A stretch of DNA of 59,823 nt, taken from NCBI GenBank assembly GCA_965223505.1, contig CBDCWP010000017.1, positions 1 through 59,823 on the forward strand, given 5' to 3'. The notes beneath the pieces were generated by a model. It worked only from the letters and a program-made list of their open reading frames with translations. It was not told the origin of the DNA and searched no databases. Below are positions 28,653-38,798 of this stretch, one piece after another. The first letter of the stretch is position 1. The number at the start of each line of letters is the position of its first letter. Both the position numbers and the translations under genes were made by a program. Source of the stretch: Planctomycetota bacterium. GTDB lineage: Bacteria; Planctomycetota; PLA2; JAEUHO01.

Positions 28653-30998
28653 ATGCGACCGATTCTGCCTCTCCTGATCGTCGTGACAGCGCTGGCGCTG
28701 TTCGGCTACGCCTGGATGAAGAGCGGCCCGCGGGAGGACGACGGCGCCGGCAACGGCGCGGACGCGCCCGACGCGCGCGGCACGTACCTGACCGACGAGC
28801 AGCGCGTTCGGCTCTTCGACCTCGAGCGCGCCGATCTGCTCCTGGGCCGCGCGCTGAAGCCCTGGACCGAGGCGATTCGGGCCAAGGACCGCGAGCGCAT
28901 CGGCGCAGCCCTGGCGTCGTCGTTCGAAGGGCGCTGTCCGATCGTGCCGAGCGGCGTGGAACGTCGCGCCGGCGGCGGGCTCGTTTTCGGACATGCGCGA
29001 CTCGAAGGCGCCGACGCGAAGACCGCAGAGACGTTCCTTGCGTGGATCATGGATCTGACGTCGAGGTTCGACCGCATCGACGCCGTGAAGTTCGGCCGGC
29101 GCTACAACAGTGTCGAGATCCTGGAGGGGCCGCAGGGCCGCGCCGAGAGCACCGGCACATGGCGGGTCGCGGGCGTGCGCGACGGCAGCGCACCGCTCGA
29201 GGTGTCGGGCAAGTTCCGTCTCCGGCACCGCGGCATGTCCCCGGACGCGCCGGTAGAGAATCCATGGATCTTCGGCCTGGAGCTCTTCGACGTCTCGGTG
29301 GTTCATGCCGAGCGCCCGCTCTTCCGGGAGATCACCGCGGACACCGGCATCGACGTCGACGGGCTGCATGACAACTGGCGGCCGGAGCATCTCGAGAAGT
29401 CCTTCCAGATCTTGACGGGCGGCATCTACCTGGGCGATGTGAACGGTGACGACCATCTCGACGCGCTCGTCACGGACGTGCACAGGACATGGCTCTACAT
29501 CGGCAAGGGCGACGGGAGCTTCGTGGACAGCGGTTGGAACCCGAAGGTGCCGGAACGGGTCTACGCGGCGCTCTTCGACGCGACGGGTGACGGACGGGTC
29601 GACGTGCTGCTCGACGGCCTGCTGTACGAATTCGACCCTCGGCAGGGCAAGCCCGTGCCGATCGAAGGCGCGACGCGCATGCCGAACGGCGACGCGAGCT
29701 TGTGTGACTACGACCGCGACGGACTCGTCGACGTGTACTTCCGCGACAGCGGGCGGTTCTACCCCGGCGACCAGCCTCGGGCGTTCTTCGACAACGACCG
29801 CATCGCGGGGCGCGAGAACCTGCTCTTCCGCAACCTGGGCGGCGGCAAGTTCGAGGACGTCACCGCCCTCGCGAAAGCCTCCGGAGGCTTCGGACGGACG
29901 TTCGCGACGACCTGGTTCTACGCCGACGGCGACGAGTGGCCCGACGTGTTCTGCGCGAACGAGTTCGGACGCAACGCGTTGCTGATCAACAACGGCGACG
30001 GCACCTTCGACGACGGGCCCGAGATCGACGCCCAGTTCGGCGGATTCTCGATGGGCGTCACCGCCGGAGATCTCGACGACGATGGGGTCACCGACCTCTA
30101 CGTGTCGAACATGTACTCCAAGGCGGGGCACCGTGTGTATCACCACCTCGACCTCGACGCGTACCCGCCGAACGTGCGGCGGATGTTCATGGCCTCGATC
30201 AAGGGCAACAAGTACTACCGCGGAAGGACGGGCACGGCGTTCGACGACTGGAGCTTCGACGCGGGCGTGAACGAGGTCGGCTGGGGTTGGTCCGGCGCGA
30301 TGGCCGACTTCGACCTGAACGGCCGGCTCGACATCTACGCACCGTGCGGACACTCGTCGGCGGACAAATCGAAGCCGGACGGGTGAGGCTGTGTCTGGCA
30401 GGCTGTGGCTGCGCAGCCGTTCAACACCTCCAAGAGACACTCGGCGCCGCGCGACCCCGACGAGCGGGTCAACGAGTTCTGGCTCGAGAACCCGTTCGAC
30501 TTCGAGCGCCGCAAGGGCTTCAACCTCTCGATGTACGAGCGCAACCGGATGTTCCTCAACATGGACGGGCGCAGTTTCGCGGAAGCGTCGCACGTCAGCG
30601 CAACGGACATCGATGCCGACTCGCGCGCGGTCGCCGTCGGCGACCTCAACGAGGACGGACGTCCGGACTTGATCGTGCGGTCGGTGGGTGGCGGCGTGTT
30701 GCGGGTGTACCTCAATCAGATTCCCGCGCGCGCGTCGGTACGGGTCACGTTGCGAGGCAGGCGCTCGAACAGCGCCGGGATCGGCGCGCGGATGGTGATG
30801 GACCTGGGCGGCCGCAAGCTGCATCGGGACCACTTTCCGCAGAACAGCCTCATGGCGCAGACGGCGACGGAGACGATCTTCGGGCTCGGGGACTACGACG
30901 GACCCATGACGCTGACGATCACGTGGCCGTCGGGCGCGGTGCAGGTCGTCGAGAACGTCAAGCCGGGGCGACATGTGATCGAAGAACCGGACGCATAG
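28653..30998 (+). CDS. FG-GAP/VCBS-repeat + ASPIC/UnbV (CRTAC1-like) protein with an in-frame TGA at 30384-30386; candidate selenoprotein, alternatively two genes or a pseudogene
   Basis: ORFs 28653-30386 and 30405-30998 are in the same frame. DxDxDG repeats occur on both sides of the TGA; the C-terminus has SNSAGIGAR, FGLG and ITWPSG. Confidence 0.7.
30387..30418 (+). promoter_or_regulatory. Candidate bacterial SECIS hairpin
   Basis: GGCTGTG-GCTG-CGCAGCC (30401-30418) forms a 7-bp stem with a 4-nt loop starting with G; 21 nt lie between the TGA and the loop. Confidence 0.55.
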
Positions 30999-31070
30999 AT
31001 CGGGCCAGAGGACGACGGTGCGTTGAGGAGGCGGTGCGCGCCGATCACAGCCCCGACGTTCCCTCGGCCC

Positions 31071-31319
31071 CGCGTGTCGTGACCGTGCCCGTTGGCGTTC
31101 CCGTGACCGTCGTTCGCCGAGTCAGCCACGCTTCCCTCGTTTGCCGGGTGACTCCCGACGCCCGACGGGAGGACGCATTTCTCCGAAACGAGAGGCTTGT
31201 CGACGACCAGGACACACGGGCACGGGAACGGGCACGGTATCGGGCACGACACCAAGGTGAGCGTTGCACGGCCAGCGTTGCGCGTTCCTCATCGCGTGTC
31301 GTGCACGCCACCAGGTGAG
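31071..31319 (+). repeat. Diverged solo copy of the 221-bp unit (179-bp element + 43-bp linker + degenerate minimal palindrome)
   Basis: GTGTCGTG at 31074 to CACGACAC ending 31252; shared blocks gttcgccg.gtcagccac.cttccctcg, gccgggtga.tcc and gggcacggtatcgggcacgacaccaag; between convergent genes. Confidence 0.9.
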
Positions 31320-31341
31320 AGGCCGCCCTCCCGAACGGCGC

Positions 31342-32331
31342 TCAACGCTCCGACTCGCCGTCGATCCGTCGCGCATCCTCCATCAGGTTGATGTCGTACA
31401 GCACCTGATCCAACCAGTCGCCCGCCTGGATCGCGCCCTCGCGCTGCGGATGCTCCGCATCGATGCACGTCGGCAACGGAACCAGAATCGTCCGCGGCGT
31501 GGGGTGGCAGAACTGGACGACCGAAAATCGCTCCTCCGTCTGCGCCGGGTCCGCGACGACCCGATGCGTACCCGCCGGGATCCGACCGTTCGACAAGAGC
31601 GCCAGCATCATGCCCGTGTTCAGGATCGCGGCGTTCTCCGGCGGCGCGGCATCGACGTACGCGCCTTCCACGCTCACCTGCAATCCGCGCGACGTCGCGC
31701 GCGGCAGTGCCGTGATGAGATTGATGTCGTCGTGCGCCTCGGCCCAGATGTGGCCGCCCTCCGGCGCCTCCCCCATCGGCGGATACCGAATCGCACGACA
31801 CAGCGTCGGCCCCTCCTTCAACATGCCGTCGAAGAACGAAGGATGCACTCCCAATCCCTCCGCGATGATGCGCAGGAAGCGCCGCTGAAGGTCGAGCAGC
31901 CGGTCGTACAGCAACGTGAGCGCCGCGGCGATGCCCGGCACGTCGGGCTCCGGAAACACCCGCTCCATGTACCGGTGGGGAAAGGCACGCCGAAGCGGAT
32001 GGCCTTCGGGCAGCTCGATGCCCCAGTTGAGCATCTCTTTCCAATCCGGCCGGTCCGCGACGGCCGCCGCTTCGACCATCAACCCCGTGTACCCGGTCTG
32101 CCCCATGGAACCGGGCCGCACGTACGCCTCCTTCGTCGCCCTGGGAAGGTGGAAAAAGGCGGCGAGCATCTCGTACGCGTCGTCGATGACCCCCTGGGGG
32201 ACGTCATGCTGCGCGTAGACGAATCCCGTTTGCAGGCTGCGCATGACGCCGTCGACGACGCTCTTGCGCTGTGTACGGTCGCCGCGCTCGTAGCGCAGCA
32301 GATCGACGTCGAGAATGCGGGCGGACGTCAT
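31342..32331 (-). CDS. Isopenicillin N synthase family 2OG-Fe(II) oxygenase
   Basis: GFVY..H, RAIRYPP, HDD (HxD), NTG.ML..LSNG, THRV and RFSVVQF motifs. Confidence 0.9.
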   Translation of the reverse strand: MTSARILDVDLLRYERGDRTQRKSVVDGVMRSLQTGFVYAQHDVPQGVIDDAYEMLAAFFHLPRATKEAYVRPGSMGQTGYTGLMVEAAAVADRPDWKEMLNWGIELPEGHPLRRAFPHRYMERVFPEPDVPGIAAALTLLYDRLLDLQRRFLRIIAEGLGVHPSFFDGMLKEGPTLCRAIRYPPMGEAPEGGHIWAEAHDDINLITALPRATSRGLQVSVEGAYVDAAPPENAAILNTGMMLALLSNGRIPAGTHRVVADPAQTEERFSVVQFCHPTPRTILVPLPTCIDAEHPQREGAIQAGDWLDQVLYDINLMEDARRIDGESER

Positions 32332-32350
32332 GCGGCTCCGGCCGGATTCG

Positions 32351-32791
32351 CTACCCGCCCGGACCGTCGGCCGCGAGGTACTGCTCGAGCGAGTCCACGT
32401 CGATCTTCAGCCGCTCGATCTGATGCGTCTGCAGATGCCGGATCGAGAGCATGCCTGCCAGCCCGCCGTCCGTGCCGACGATCGGCAGATGCCGGAAGTG
32501 ATTGGTCATCATCAGCTCCAGCGCTTCGGACCGGGGCGTGTTCGACTGGATGCTGACGGGATTGCGGACCATGACCTCCGCCACCGGCGTCCGTTTCGCA
32601 TCGAGACCCTCGTGCACGACCTTCGTCATGAGGTCGCGCTCCGTGAAAATGCCCACGAGACTGCCCTCTTCGACGACCGCGACCGCACCGATGCGCGTTT
32701 CGACCATGAGGCGCACGGCTTCGTCCACCTTGGACGTCACGGAAACGGTCTTGGCGGGTGTCCGGGCGATCTTCAGCAGGGGTTCATTCAT
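32351..32791 (-). CDS. CBS domain-containing protein
   Basis: IGAVAVV..LVGIFTERDL and FRHLPIV..LAGMLSIR motifs; start ATG 32791. Confidence 0.9.
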   Translation of the reverse strand: MNEPLLKIARTPAKTVSVTSKVDEAVRLMVETRIGAVAVVEEGSLVGIFTERDLMTKVVHEGLDAKRTPVAEVMVRNPVSIQSNTPRSEALELMMTNHFRHLPIVGTDGGLAGMLSIRHLQTHQIERLKIDVDSLEQYLAADGPGG

Positions 32792-32844
32792 GGGGGCTCC
32801 AAAACACAGTCTATCAGCGACGGGCAGCGCCATCAACGGGGCCT

Positions 32845-32873
32845 GTAGCGTGTGTACGCATCGCGTACGCACG
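32845..32873 (+). repeat. GTAG-type REP-like hairpin (second family)
   Basis: GTAG followed by the CGTGTGTACGC-ATC-GCGTACGCACG hairpin, in an intergenic space. Confidence 0.55.
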
Positions 32874-32923
32874 ATGAACGATGATTGAAGACGCAGTCCG
32901 GTCGAAGCAGAGACGATTCGCGG

Positions 32924-34726
32924 CTATTCGCCGCTCTGCGCGGCGAGACGCTCCTCTCGACGACGCTTGATGTGATCGAGGTCGTCGCGCGGCACCGCAT
33001 CGATGAGGCGTTTCGTGTACGCCTCCTTCGGATTCGCGTAGATCGCTTCCGCCGTCCCGAACTCGACGATCTTCCCGTCCTTCATCACCGCCATCGTGTC
33101 CGACATGAACTTCACGACCGAGAGGTCGTGACTGATGAAGATGTACGTGAGACCGTGCTTTTCCTGCAGGTCCTTGAGCAAGTTGAGCACCTGCGCTTGC
33201 ACGGAGACGTCCAGTGCCGACACCGACTCGTCGCAAACGATGAACGACGGGTCGAGCGCGAGGGCGCGCGCGATGGAGATGCGCTGGCGTTGCCCGCCGG
33301 AGAACTCGTGCGGATAGCGGTTCATGTGGTTCGCTTCGAGGCCGACTTCCTCGAGCAGCTGGGCCACACGATCGGTGCGCTCGCCCTTCGTGCGGTAGAG
33401 CCTGTGGACCTCCATCGGCTCCGCGATCATGTCGCCGACGGTCATGCGCGGGTTCAACGACGAGTACGGATCCTGGAAGATGATCTGCAGCTTGCGACGA
33501 AGCTCCCGGAACTCCTTGGCCGGGATCTCGGCGAGGTTCTGCCGTTCGTAGATCACGTTGCCGGTGACCTGGATCCCGCCCTTGTTCTCGATGAGGCGCA
33601 GCAGCGCGCGGCCGCAGGTCGTCTTGCCGCAGCCGGACTCGCCGACGAGGCCGAGCGTCTGACCGGGCCAGACCTTGAACGAGACGCCGTCGACCGCGCG
33701 GACGTAGTCGTGAACACGGCTGAACACACCCTTGCGGATCGGAAAGTGCACGTGGAGATCGTCGACCACGAGGAGCGGGTCGCCGTCGGGATCGGTCAGC
33801 TTGTCGCGGCCGGTCGTCTCGAGCTTCTTGAGCTCCGCGTCGGACACGTCTTTCTCGGTGATGACGAGCTGGTGGTCGTCGTCGAGATGCCAGTCCATGA
33901 ACGTCGACGTCGTCGGCAGCCGGCGGAACTTGGTGTCGAGATTCGGGCGGCATGCGAGCAGGCTGCGCGTGTAGGCGTGCTTCGGGCTCTCGAAGATGTC
34001 GAGCACGGGGCCGAACTCGACCAGGTGTCCCTGGAACATGACCGCGACATCGTCGGAGATCTCCGCGATGACGCCGAGGTCGTGCGTGATGAACATGATC
34101 GACATGCCGCGGTTGTCACGCAGGTCCCGCATCAGATCGAGGATCTGGGCCTGGATGGTCACGTCGAGCGCGGTGGTCGGCTCGTCCGCGATGAGCAGCT
34201 TCGGGTTGCAGGACAGCGCCATGGCGATCATGACGCGCTGCTTCTGGCCACCGGACATCTCGTGCGGGTAGCTGTCGATGCGGCGTTCGGGATCGGGGAT
34301 GTCGACCTCGCGGAAGAGCTCGAGCACGCGCTCGCGCGCTTCTTCCTTGCTGACGTCCTCGTGGACGAGGATCGGCTCCATGACCTGGTCGCCGACGGTG
34401 AACACGGGGTTCAGCGACGTCATGGGTTCCTGGAAGATCATGCCGATGTCGGCGCCGCGGATGTCGCGCATCTCGCGCTGCGGCACGCCGACGAGGTCCT
34501 TGCCGAGGAAGGCGATCTTGCCGGCGTGGATCCGGGCGGTCTCGGGCGGCAGGAGCCGCATCATCGAGAGGGCGGTGACGGACTTGCCGGAGCCGGACTC
34601 GCCGACCACACCGAGGGTCTCACCCTCTTCGATGCGGATGGAGACGTCGTCGACGGCGCGGACGACTCGATCCTCGGTGTGGAAGTAGGTCTTGAGTCCG
34701 CTGATGTCGAGCAGGGGTTGGGACAT
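32924..34726 (-). CDS. Peptide/nickel ABC transporter ATP-binding protein, fused double ATPase
   Basis: GESGSGKS and GESGCGKT Walker A motifs; YPHEMSGGQ and YPHEFSGGQ signatures; start ATG 34726. Confidence 0.95.
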   Translation of the reverse strand: MSQPLLDISGLKTYFHTEDRVVRAVDDVSIRIEEGETLGVVGESGSGKSVTALSMMRLLPPETARIHAGKIAFLGKDLVGVPQREMRDIRGADIGMIFQEPMTSLNPVFTVGDQVMEPILVHEDVSKEEARERVLELFREVDIPDPERRIDSYPHEMSGGQKQRVMIAMALSCNPKLLIADEPTTALDVTIQAQILDLMRDLRDNRGMSIMFITHDLGVIAEISDDVAVMFQGHLVEFGPVLDIFESPKHAYTRSLLACRPNLDTKFRRLPTTSTFMDWHLDDDHQLVITEKDVSDAELKKLETTGRDKLTDPDGDPLLVVDDLHVHFPIRKGVFSRVHDYVRAVDGVSFKVWPGQTLGLVGESGCGKTTCGRALLRLIENKGGIQVTGNVIYERQNLAEIPAKEFRELRRKLQIIFQDPYSSLNPRMTVGDMIAEPMEVHRLYRTKGERTDRVAQLLEEVGLEANHMNRYPHEFSGGQRQRISIARALALDPSFIVCDESVSALDVSVQAQVLNLLKDLQEKHGLTYIFISHDLSVVKFMSDTMAVMKDGKIVEFGTAEAIYANPKEAYTKRLIDAVPRDDLDHIKRRREERLAAQSGE

Positions 34727-34850
34727 AGGCGCCGGATTCTCGGGGGCTCCCGGCCGCCTGTCAAACGCGGCGGCCGACCGCACCGGTCCGGGCGCGCACG
34801 AGCAGGCCTCCCGTGGCTCCCCCTACCCCATCCCGATCCCTCTCCGGCGT

Positions 34851-34898
34851 TCCTCCTCGCGTGTCGTGCACGTTCTCGGTGTCGGCCACGACACCAAG
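34851..34898 (+). repeat. Short copy of the palindrome family (CCTCCTCGC-GTGTCGTG-18 nt-CACGACAC-CAAG)
   Basis: GTGTCGTG at 34861-34868 and CACGACAC at 34887-34894; flanks match the array linker ends. Confidence 0.85.
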
Positions 34899-34937
34899 CG
34901 AAGCGCGGCGGTCCCGCCGACCTATACCGTCCGGGCC

Positions 34938-35393
34938 CTACCTCGCCCCCGTGTGCCCGAATCCCCCGGCGCCGCGCTCGGTGGCATCGAGCTCCACGGC
35001 CTCCGCCCAGGAAGCGCGCGCGACCGGCGCGAACACGATCTGGGCGATCCGCATGCCCCTCTCGATCCGCACGGGCTCCGAGCCGAGATTGCCGAGGATC
35101 ACCTTCAGCTCACCGCGATAGTCGCTGTCCACCGTGCCCGGGCTGTTCGGCATCGTCAGGCCGAAGCGCAGCGCGAGACCGCTGCGCGGCCGCACCTGGC
35201 CCTCGAAGCCGCGTGGGATCGCGATGCAGAGACCCGTCGGACAGAGCCAGCGCGCCCCGGGATCGAGCGTCACGGCCTCGTCGATCGCCGCCATGAGGTC
35301 CATGCCGGCCGATCCGTCAGTCTCGTAGCGAGGCAGCGGGAGCCCCGCGCCGTGCGGCAGGCGTTCCACGGGAATCGTCAGGTCGTGGGACAT
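34938..35393 (-). CDS. dut: dUTP diphosphatase
   Basis: [30 protein letters not shown] and [10 protein letters not shown] motifs; start ATG 35393. Confidence 0.97.
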   Translation of the reverse strand: MSHDLTIPVERLPHGAGLPLPRYETDGSAGMDLMAAIDEAVTLDPGARWLCPTGLCIAIPRGFEGQVRPRSGLALRFGLTMPNSPGTVDSDYRGELKVILGNLGSEPVRIERGMRIAQIVFAPVARASWAEAVELDATERGAGGFGHTGAR

Positions 35394-35493
35394 CGGGGGG
35401 CAATCTAGCGCGTCGCTCTGACAGCGATGACGAGCCGCAATGTCCGGATTTGTTGGCGCGGCCCCGGCGGCGACCGTTAGGTAGGGCCTCCCC

Positions 35494-36414
35494 ATGTTGA
35501 CGGTCATCCAGCTCGTCGCCGGCTTCGTGCTGCTCTGGAAGGGCGGCGATCTGCTCGTCGAGGGCGCGGACCGCTTCTCGCGCAGCCACGGGGTCCCTCC
35601 CACCTTGGCGGGCGTGTTCATTCTCGGGTTCGGAACCTCGTTCCCCGAGCTGGCGACCTCCGTGCTCGCCGTCTTGAAGGACAAGCCCGGCATCGCCGTC
35701 GGCAACGTCGTCGGCAGCAACATCACCAACGTCGCGCTCATCCTCGGCGTCACCGCGACCATCGCCGCGGTCCCGGTCAATCGCTTCCTGTTCCGGGTCG
35801 AGATTCCGGTCGGCATCGCCGCGTCGGCGCTCGCGTTCGTGCTGGTCACCGACGGCGTCATCGGCCTCGAAGACGGCATCGCGTTGTTGGTCGCGTTCTC
35901 GATCTACGCACTGGTGGCCATGCGCACCGTCCATCTTCGGGACATCGACGACGGCGATCGACCCGCGAAACGCGCCTGGTTCGACCTGGGCCAGGCGGCG
36001 CTGGCCCTGTGCGCCGTCGTCGGCGGCGCCGAGCTGTTCCTCACCGGCGCGACCACCGTCGCCGACTGGTGGGGCCTGACGGACACGGCGGTCGGGCTCA
36101 CGCTCGTCGCGCTGGGAACGAGCCTGCCGGAGCTCGCCACCGGCGTCGCCGCCGCGCGCGCGCACAAGCTCGACCTGGCGCTCGGGAACATCATCGGCTC
36201 GAACATCTTCAACCTGCTCCTGGTGCTCGGCGTCGCGGGCGTGATGCGCAACCAGACGGCCGAAGGCCGGCTCATGTCCGTCGACATGCCGTTCATGCTC
36301 GCGCTGGCCGTCATGCCGTGGATCGCCGGCGCCTTCGGCTGGAAGATGGGGCGAGCGACCGGCATCCTGCTGGTGGCGAGCTACCTGGCGTGGGTGCTGC
36401 TGTTCACCAAGTGA
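35494..36414 (+). CDS. Calcium/sodium antiporter (YrbG-like, CaCA family)
   Basis: Duplicated alpha repeats [14 protein letters not shown] and [16 protein letters not shown]. Confidence 0.93.
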   Translation: MLTVIQLVAGFVLLWKGGDLLVEGADRFSRSHGVPPTLAGVFILGFGTSFPELATSVLAVLKDKPGIAVGNVVGSNITNVALILGVTATIAAVPVNRFLFRVEIPVGIAASALAFVLVTDGVIGLEDGIALLVAFSIYALVAMRTVHLRDIDDGDRPAKRAWFDLGQAALALCAVVGGAELFLTGATTVADWWGLTDTAVGLTLVALGTSLPELATGVAAARAHKLDLALGNIIGSNIFNLLLVLGVAGVMRNQTAEGRLMSVDMPFMLALAVMPWIAGAFGWKMGRATGILLVASYLAWVLLFTK

Positions 36415-36439
36415 CGTTCGCTACGGTCCGAAGACGCCC

Positions 36440-37561
36440 CTACTCGAACGTGAAACCCGCGGCGCGCGCCTGGTCGCGAATCGCATCACGCAACGCGCGA
36501 TCGAGCAGCTTCGAGTCGTCGAGTCCGCGCTTGGACATTTCCGCCTCGATGTACGCCGCGCGCCTGGCGCTCAGCGCCCTGATCTTCGCTCGAAGGTCTG
36601 CACGCTCCTCGGCCTTCTTCTCGAGATGCGCCTTGCGTTCGGCAGGCGAGAGCTCCTTCAGCTCCTCGGGCAGGTCCTTCTCCGCCACACGGCCGAGGTC
36701 GAAACCCCGGAGGCGCGCGTCCGAGACGAGGTCGTCCCGCTTCCGGTACAGCGCACCCGCCTTGGCCGCGGCGCGCTCCGCCGCAATGCCCGCCCCGGCC
36801 GCGCCGGCGCTCTTGTCCGAGTCTTCCTGGCGGCGCTTCTTCGTCTTGCGATCGGCGCCGTAGAAGAGATACGTACCACTCAAGTCGCGCGAGAGCTTCG
36901 CCAGCTCCTTGTCGAACGGCGTCGAGAGCTCGACCTTCTGGTTGTGGTCGATCGAGGCGAACTTGCCCTTGCCGAGCGCGGCGACCTCGCGCCAGCCGGC
37001 GGCGACGGCGTCGTCCGCACCGCCGCAGTAGACCGCGTTGACCCGAACTTTGCGCTCGACCGCGCGCTTCACGACCTTGCGAAAAGGCCGATCGCGGTCC
37101 TGGTCGGCGGACTCGTTGCCCGCTACGAACGCGATGCGCAGAGAATCGGCTCTGTCGGACCACGACAAGTCGTTGAGCGCGTAGTGCAGCACCCGGCCGA
37201 CGTACTCGACACCGCCGTTGGTGCGCAGGGCGAAGAGCGTTTCGCTCAGCGTATCGAGATCTTCGGTGAAGTCCTCCCGGACGATGACGTGTCCGGTTGC
37301 GCTGTTGCCCGGCCCGCCGTACGTCAGCAGTGCGACGCGTAGCGTGGGTGTGGGCTTGGCGCGCGCCAGCTCCGCGACGACCTTCCAGAGCTTCTCTCGA
37401 GCGGCCTCGATCAGCCCCTCCATGCTGCCGCTGGTGTCGAGGCAGAGTGCGATCTCGACGACGCGGGGCTGTGGTTTCTTGGCCGCCTCGTCGGCGGCGG
37501 CAAGGCCCGAACAGCCGACGATGAGGGCAAGTACGACGAACACGCGAATGAGCTGAATCAT
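36440..37561 (-). CDS. Exported vWA domain-containing protein
   Basis: Signal peptide; LDTSGSM MIDAS motif; TNGGVEYVG and AGNE; GAGGAG RBS before ATG 37561. Confidence 0.88.
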   Translation of the reverse strand: MIQLIRVFVVLALIVGCSGLAAADEAAKKPQPRVVEIALCLDTSGSMEGLIEAAREKLWKVVAELARAKPTPTLRVALLTYGGPGNSATGHVIVREDFTEDLDTLSETLFALRTNGGVEYVGRVLHYALNDLSWSDRADSLRIAFVAGNESADQDRDRPFRKVVKRAVERKVRVNAVYCGGADDAVAAGWREVAALGKGKFASIDHNQKVELSTPFDKELAKLSRDLSGTYLFYGADRKTKKRRQEDSDKSAGAAGAGIAAERAAAKAGALYRKRDDLVSDARLRGFDLGRVAEKDLPEELKELSPAERKAHLEKKAEERADLRAKIRALSARRAAYIEAEMSKRGLDDSKLLDRALRDAIRDQARAAGFTFE

Positions 37562-37637
37562 GACGAACTCCTCACGGGTCGGTCTCACCCCAACATAGAC
37601 CCGAAAGAAGGGAACGAGTTCCGACTACATTCTCGAC

Positions 37638-38798
37638 GTGGATCCGATCGAACGACTCGCCGCCGTCGCTGCGCGCCGAAGCCGCCTGGCGCTCGGCTTG
37701 ATGTCCGGAATGAGCATGGACGGGCTGGATCTGGCGCTCGTGCGAATCGAGCACGAGCCGGATCGCGTGCGCCCCGCCGTCGAGCTCGTCGCGGCGCGCA
37801 CGGCTCCGTACGACGACGCGCTGCGCGCCAGGATCCGTGACGCGGCGACCGCCGGTCCCGCAACCGTCGCGCGGCTCGACTTCGAGCTGGCGTCGCGCTG
37901 GGCGGACGATGTGTCGGCCTTTCTCGAGAGCGCGAACGTCGCCGCGTCCGACGTGGATCTGATCGGCTCGCACGGGCAGACGATCCACCATACGCCGCGG
38001 GACGGATCGACCGGCGCCTTCACGTTGCAGATCGGCCAGGCCGACGTGCTCGCCGCGCGCACCGGCATCCTCACGGTCTCGGACTTTCGTCCGCGCGACG
38101 TCGCCGCGGGTGGCGAGGGTGCGCCGCTCATCCCGTATGCGGATTGGCTGTTGTACGCCGAAAGCGACGCGACCACCGCGTGCCACAACCTGGGCAGCAT
38201 CGCGAACGTGACGGTCGTGACGCCGGCGCTGGAGGACGTGATCGCGTTCGACACCGGACCGGCCAACGCGCTCATCGACTCCTTTGCGGGGGGCATCGAC
38301 ATGGACGGCCAGATCTCCGCCCACGGCACGGTCGACGACGACGCGCTCTTGTCGCTGTTCACGCGTCGGTCGAAGTGGCTGTCGCAGGCACCGCCGAAGA
38401 GCGCGGGCTTCGAGACGTTCGGGCCGGCGCTGGCTGCCGAGATCGCAGCCGCGCACCCGCAGGTCGAGCGGGACGACCTGGTGCGAACGGCGGTCGAGTT
38501 CACCGCCAACACCCTGCGCAACGCCTATGAGTGGCACGTGCTCACCCGCTTTCCCGGCCTTCGTCGCGTTCGTTTCAGCGGCGGCGGCACGCGCAACCCG
38601 ACGCTGATGAACCGCATCCTCGCCGAGCTCGGCCGGCTCGACCTGGAGGTGAGCGTGCTGGAGCCGCGTTGGTCCGACGCCAAGGAAGCGGTCGGGTTCG
38701 CGCTGCTGGCGGACGCGACGCTTCGCGGCACGCCGAGCAACGTGCCGGCGGCGACCGGCGCGACGCACCCCGTCGTCCTGGGGAAGATCTCCCTGTGA
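37638..38798 (+). CDS. anmK: Anhydro-N-acetylmuramic acid kinase
   Basis: GLMSG.SMDG.D, GSHGQT..H, DFR..D.AAGGEGAPL, FDTGPAN, PPKS and KEA..FA motifs. Confidence 0.95.
   Translation: MDPIERLAAVAARRSRLALGLMSGMSMDGLDLALVRIEHEPDRVRPAVELVAARTAPYDDALRARIRDAATAGPATVARLDFELASRWADDVSAFLESANVAASDVDLIGSHGQTIHHTPRDGSTGAFTLQIGQADVLAARTGILTVSDFRPRDVAAGGEGAPLIPYADWLLYAESDATTACHNLGSIANVTVVTPALEDVIAFDTGPANALIDSFAGGIDMDGQISAHGTVDDDALLSLFTRRSKWLSQAPPKSAGFETFGPALAAEIAAAHPQVERDDLVRTAVEFTANTLRNAYEWHVLTRFPGLRRVRFSGGGTRNPTLMNRILAELGRLDLEVSVLEPRWSDAKEAVGFALLADATLRGTPSNVPAATGATHPVVLGKISL

Noticed and set aside
28065..30974. 969-aa antisense ORF and similar long shadow ORFs (e.g. 1843-3873, 12691-14916, 32885-35296, 40503-43346, 52352-54634)
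   Set aside because: They are antisense to well-supported genes, expected from stop-codon scarcity at high GC, and show no recognisable motifs.
30405..30998. ASPIC/UnbV domain as an independent gene
   Set aside because: There is no RBS or signal peptide and it is an in-frame continuation of the upstream propeller; read-through is preferred, though a split gene is not excluded.
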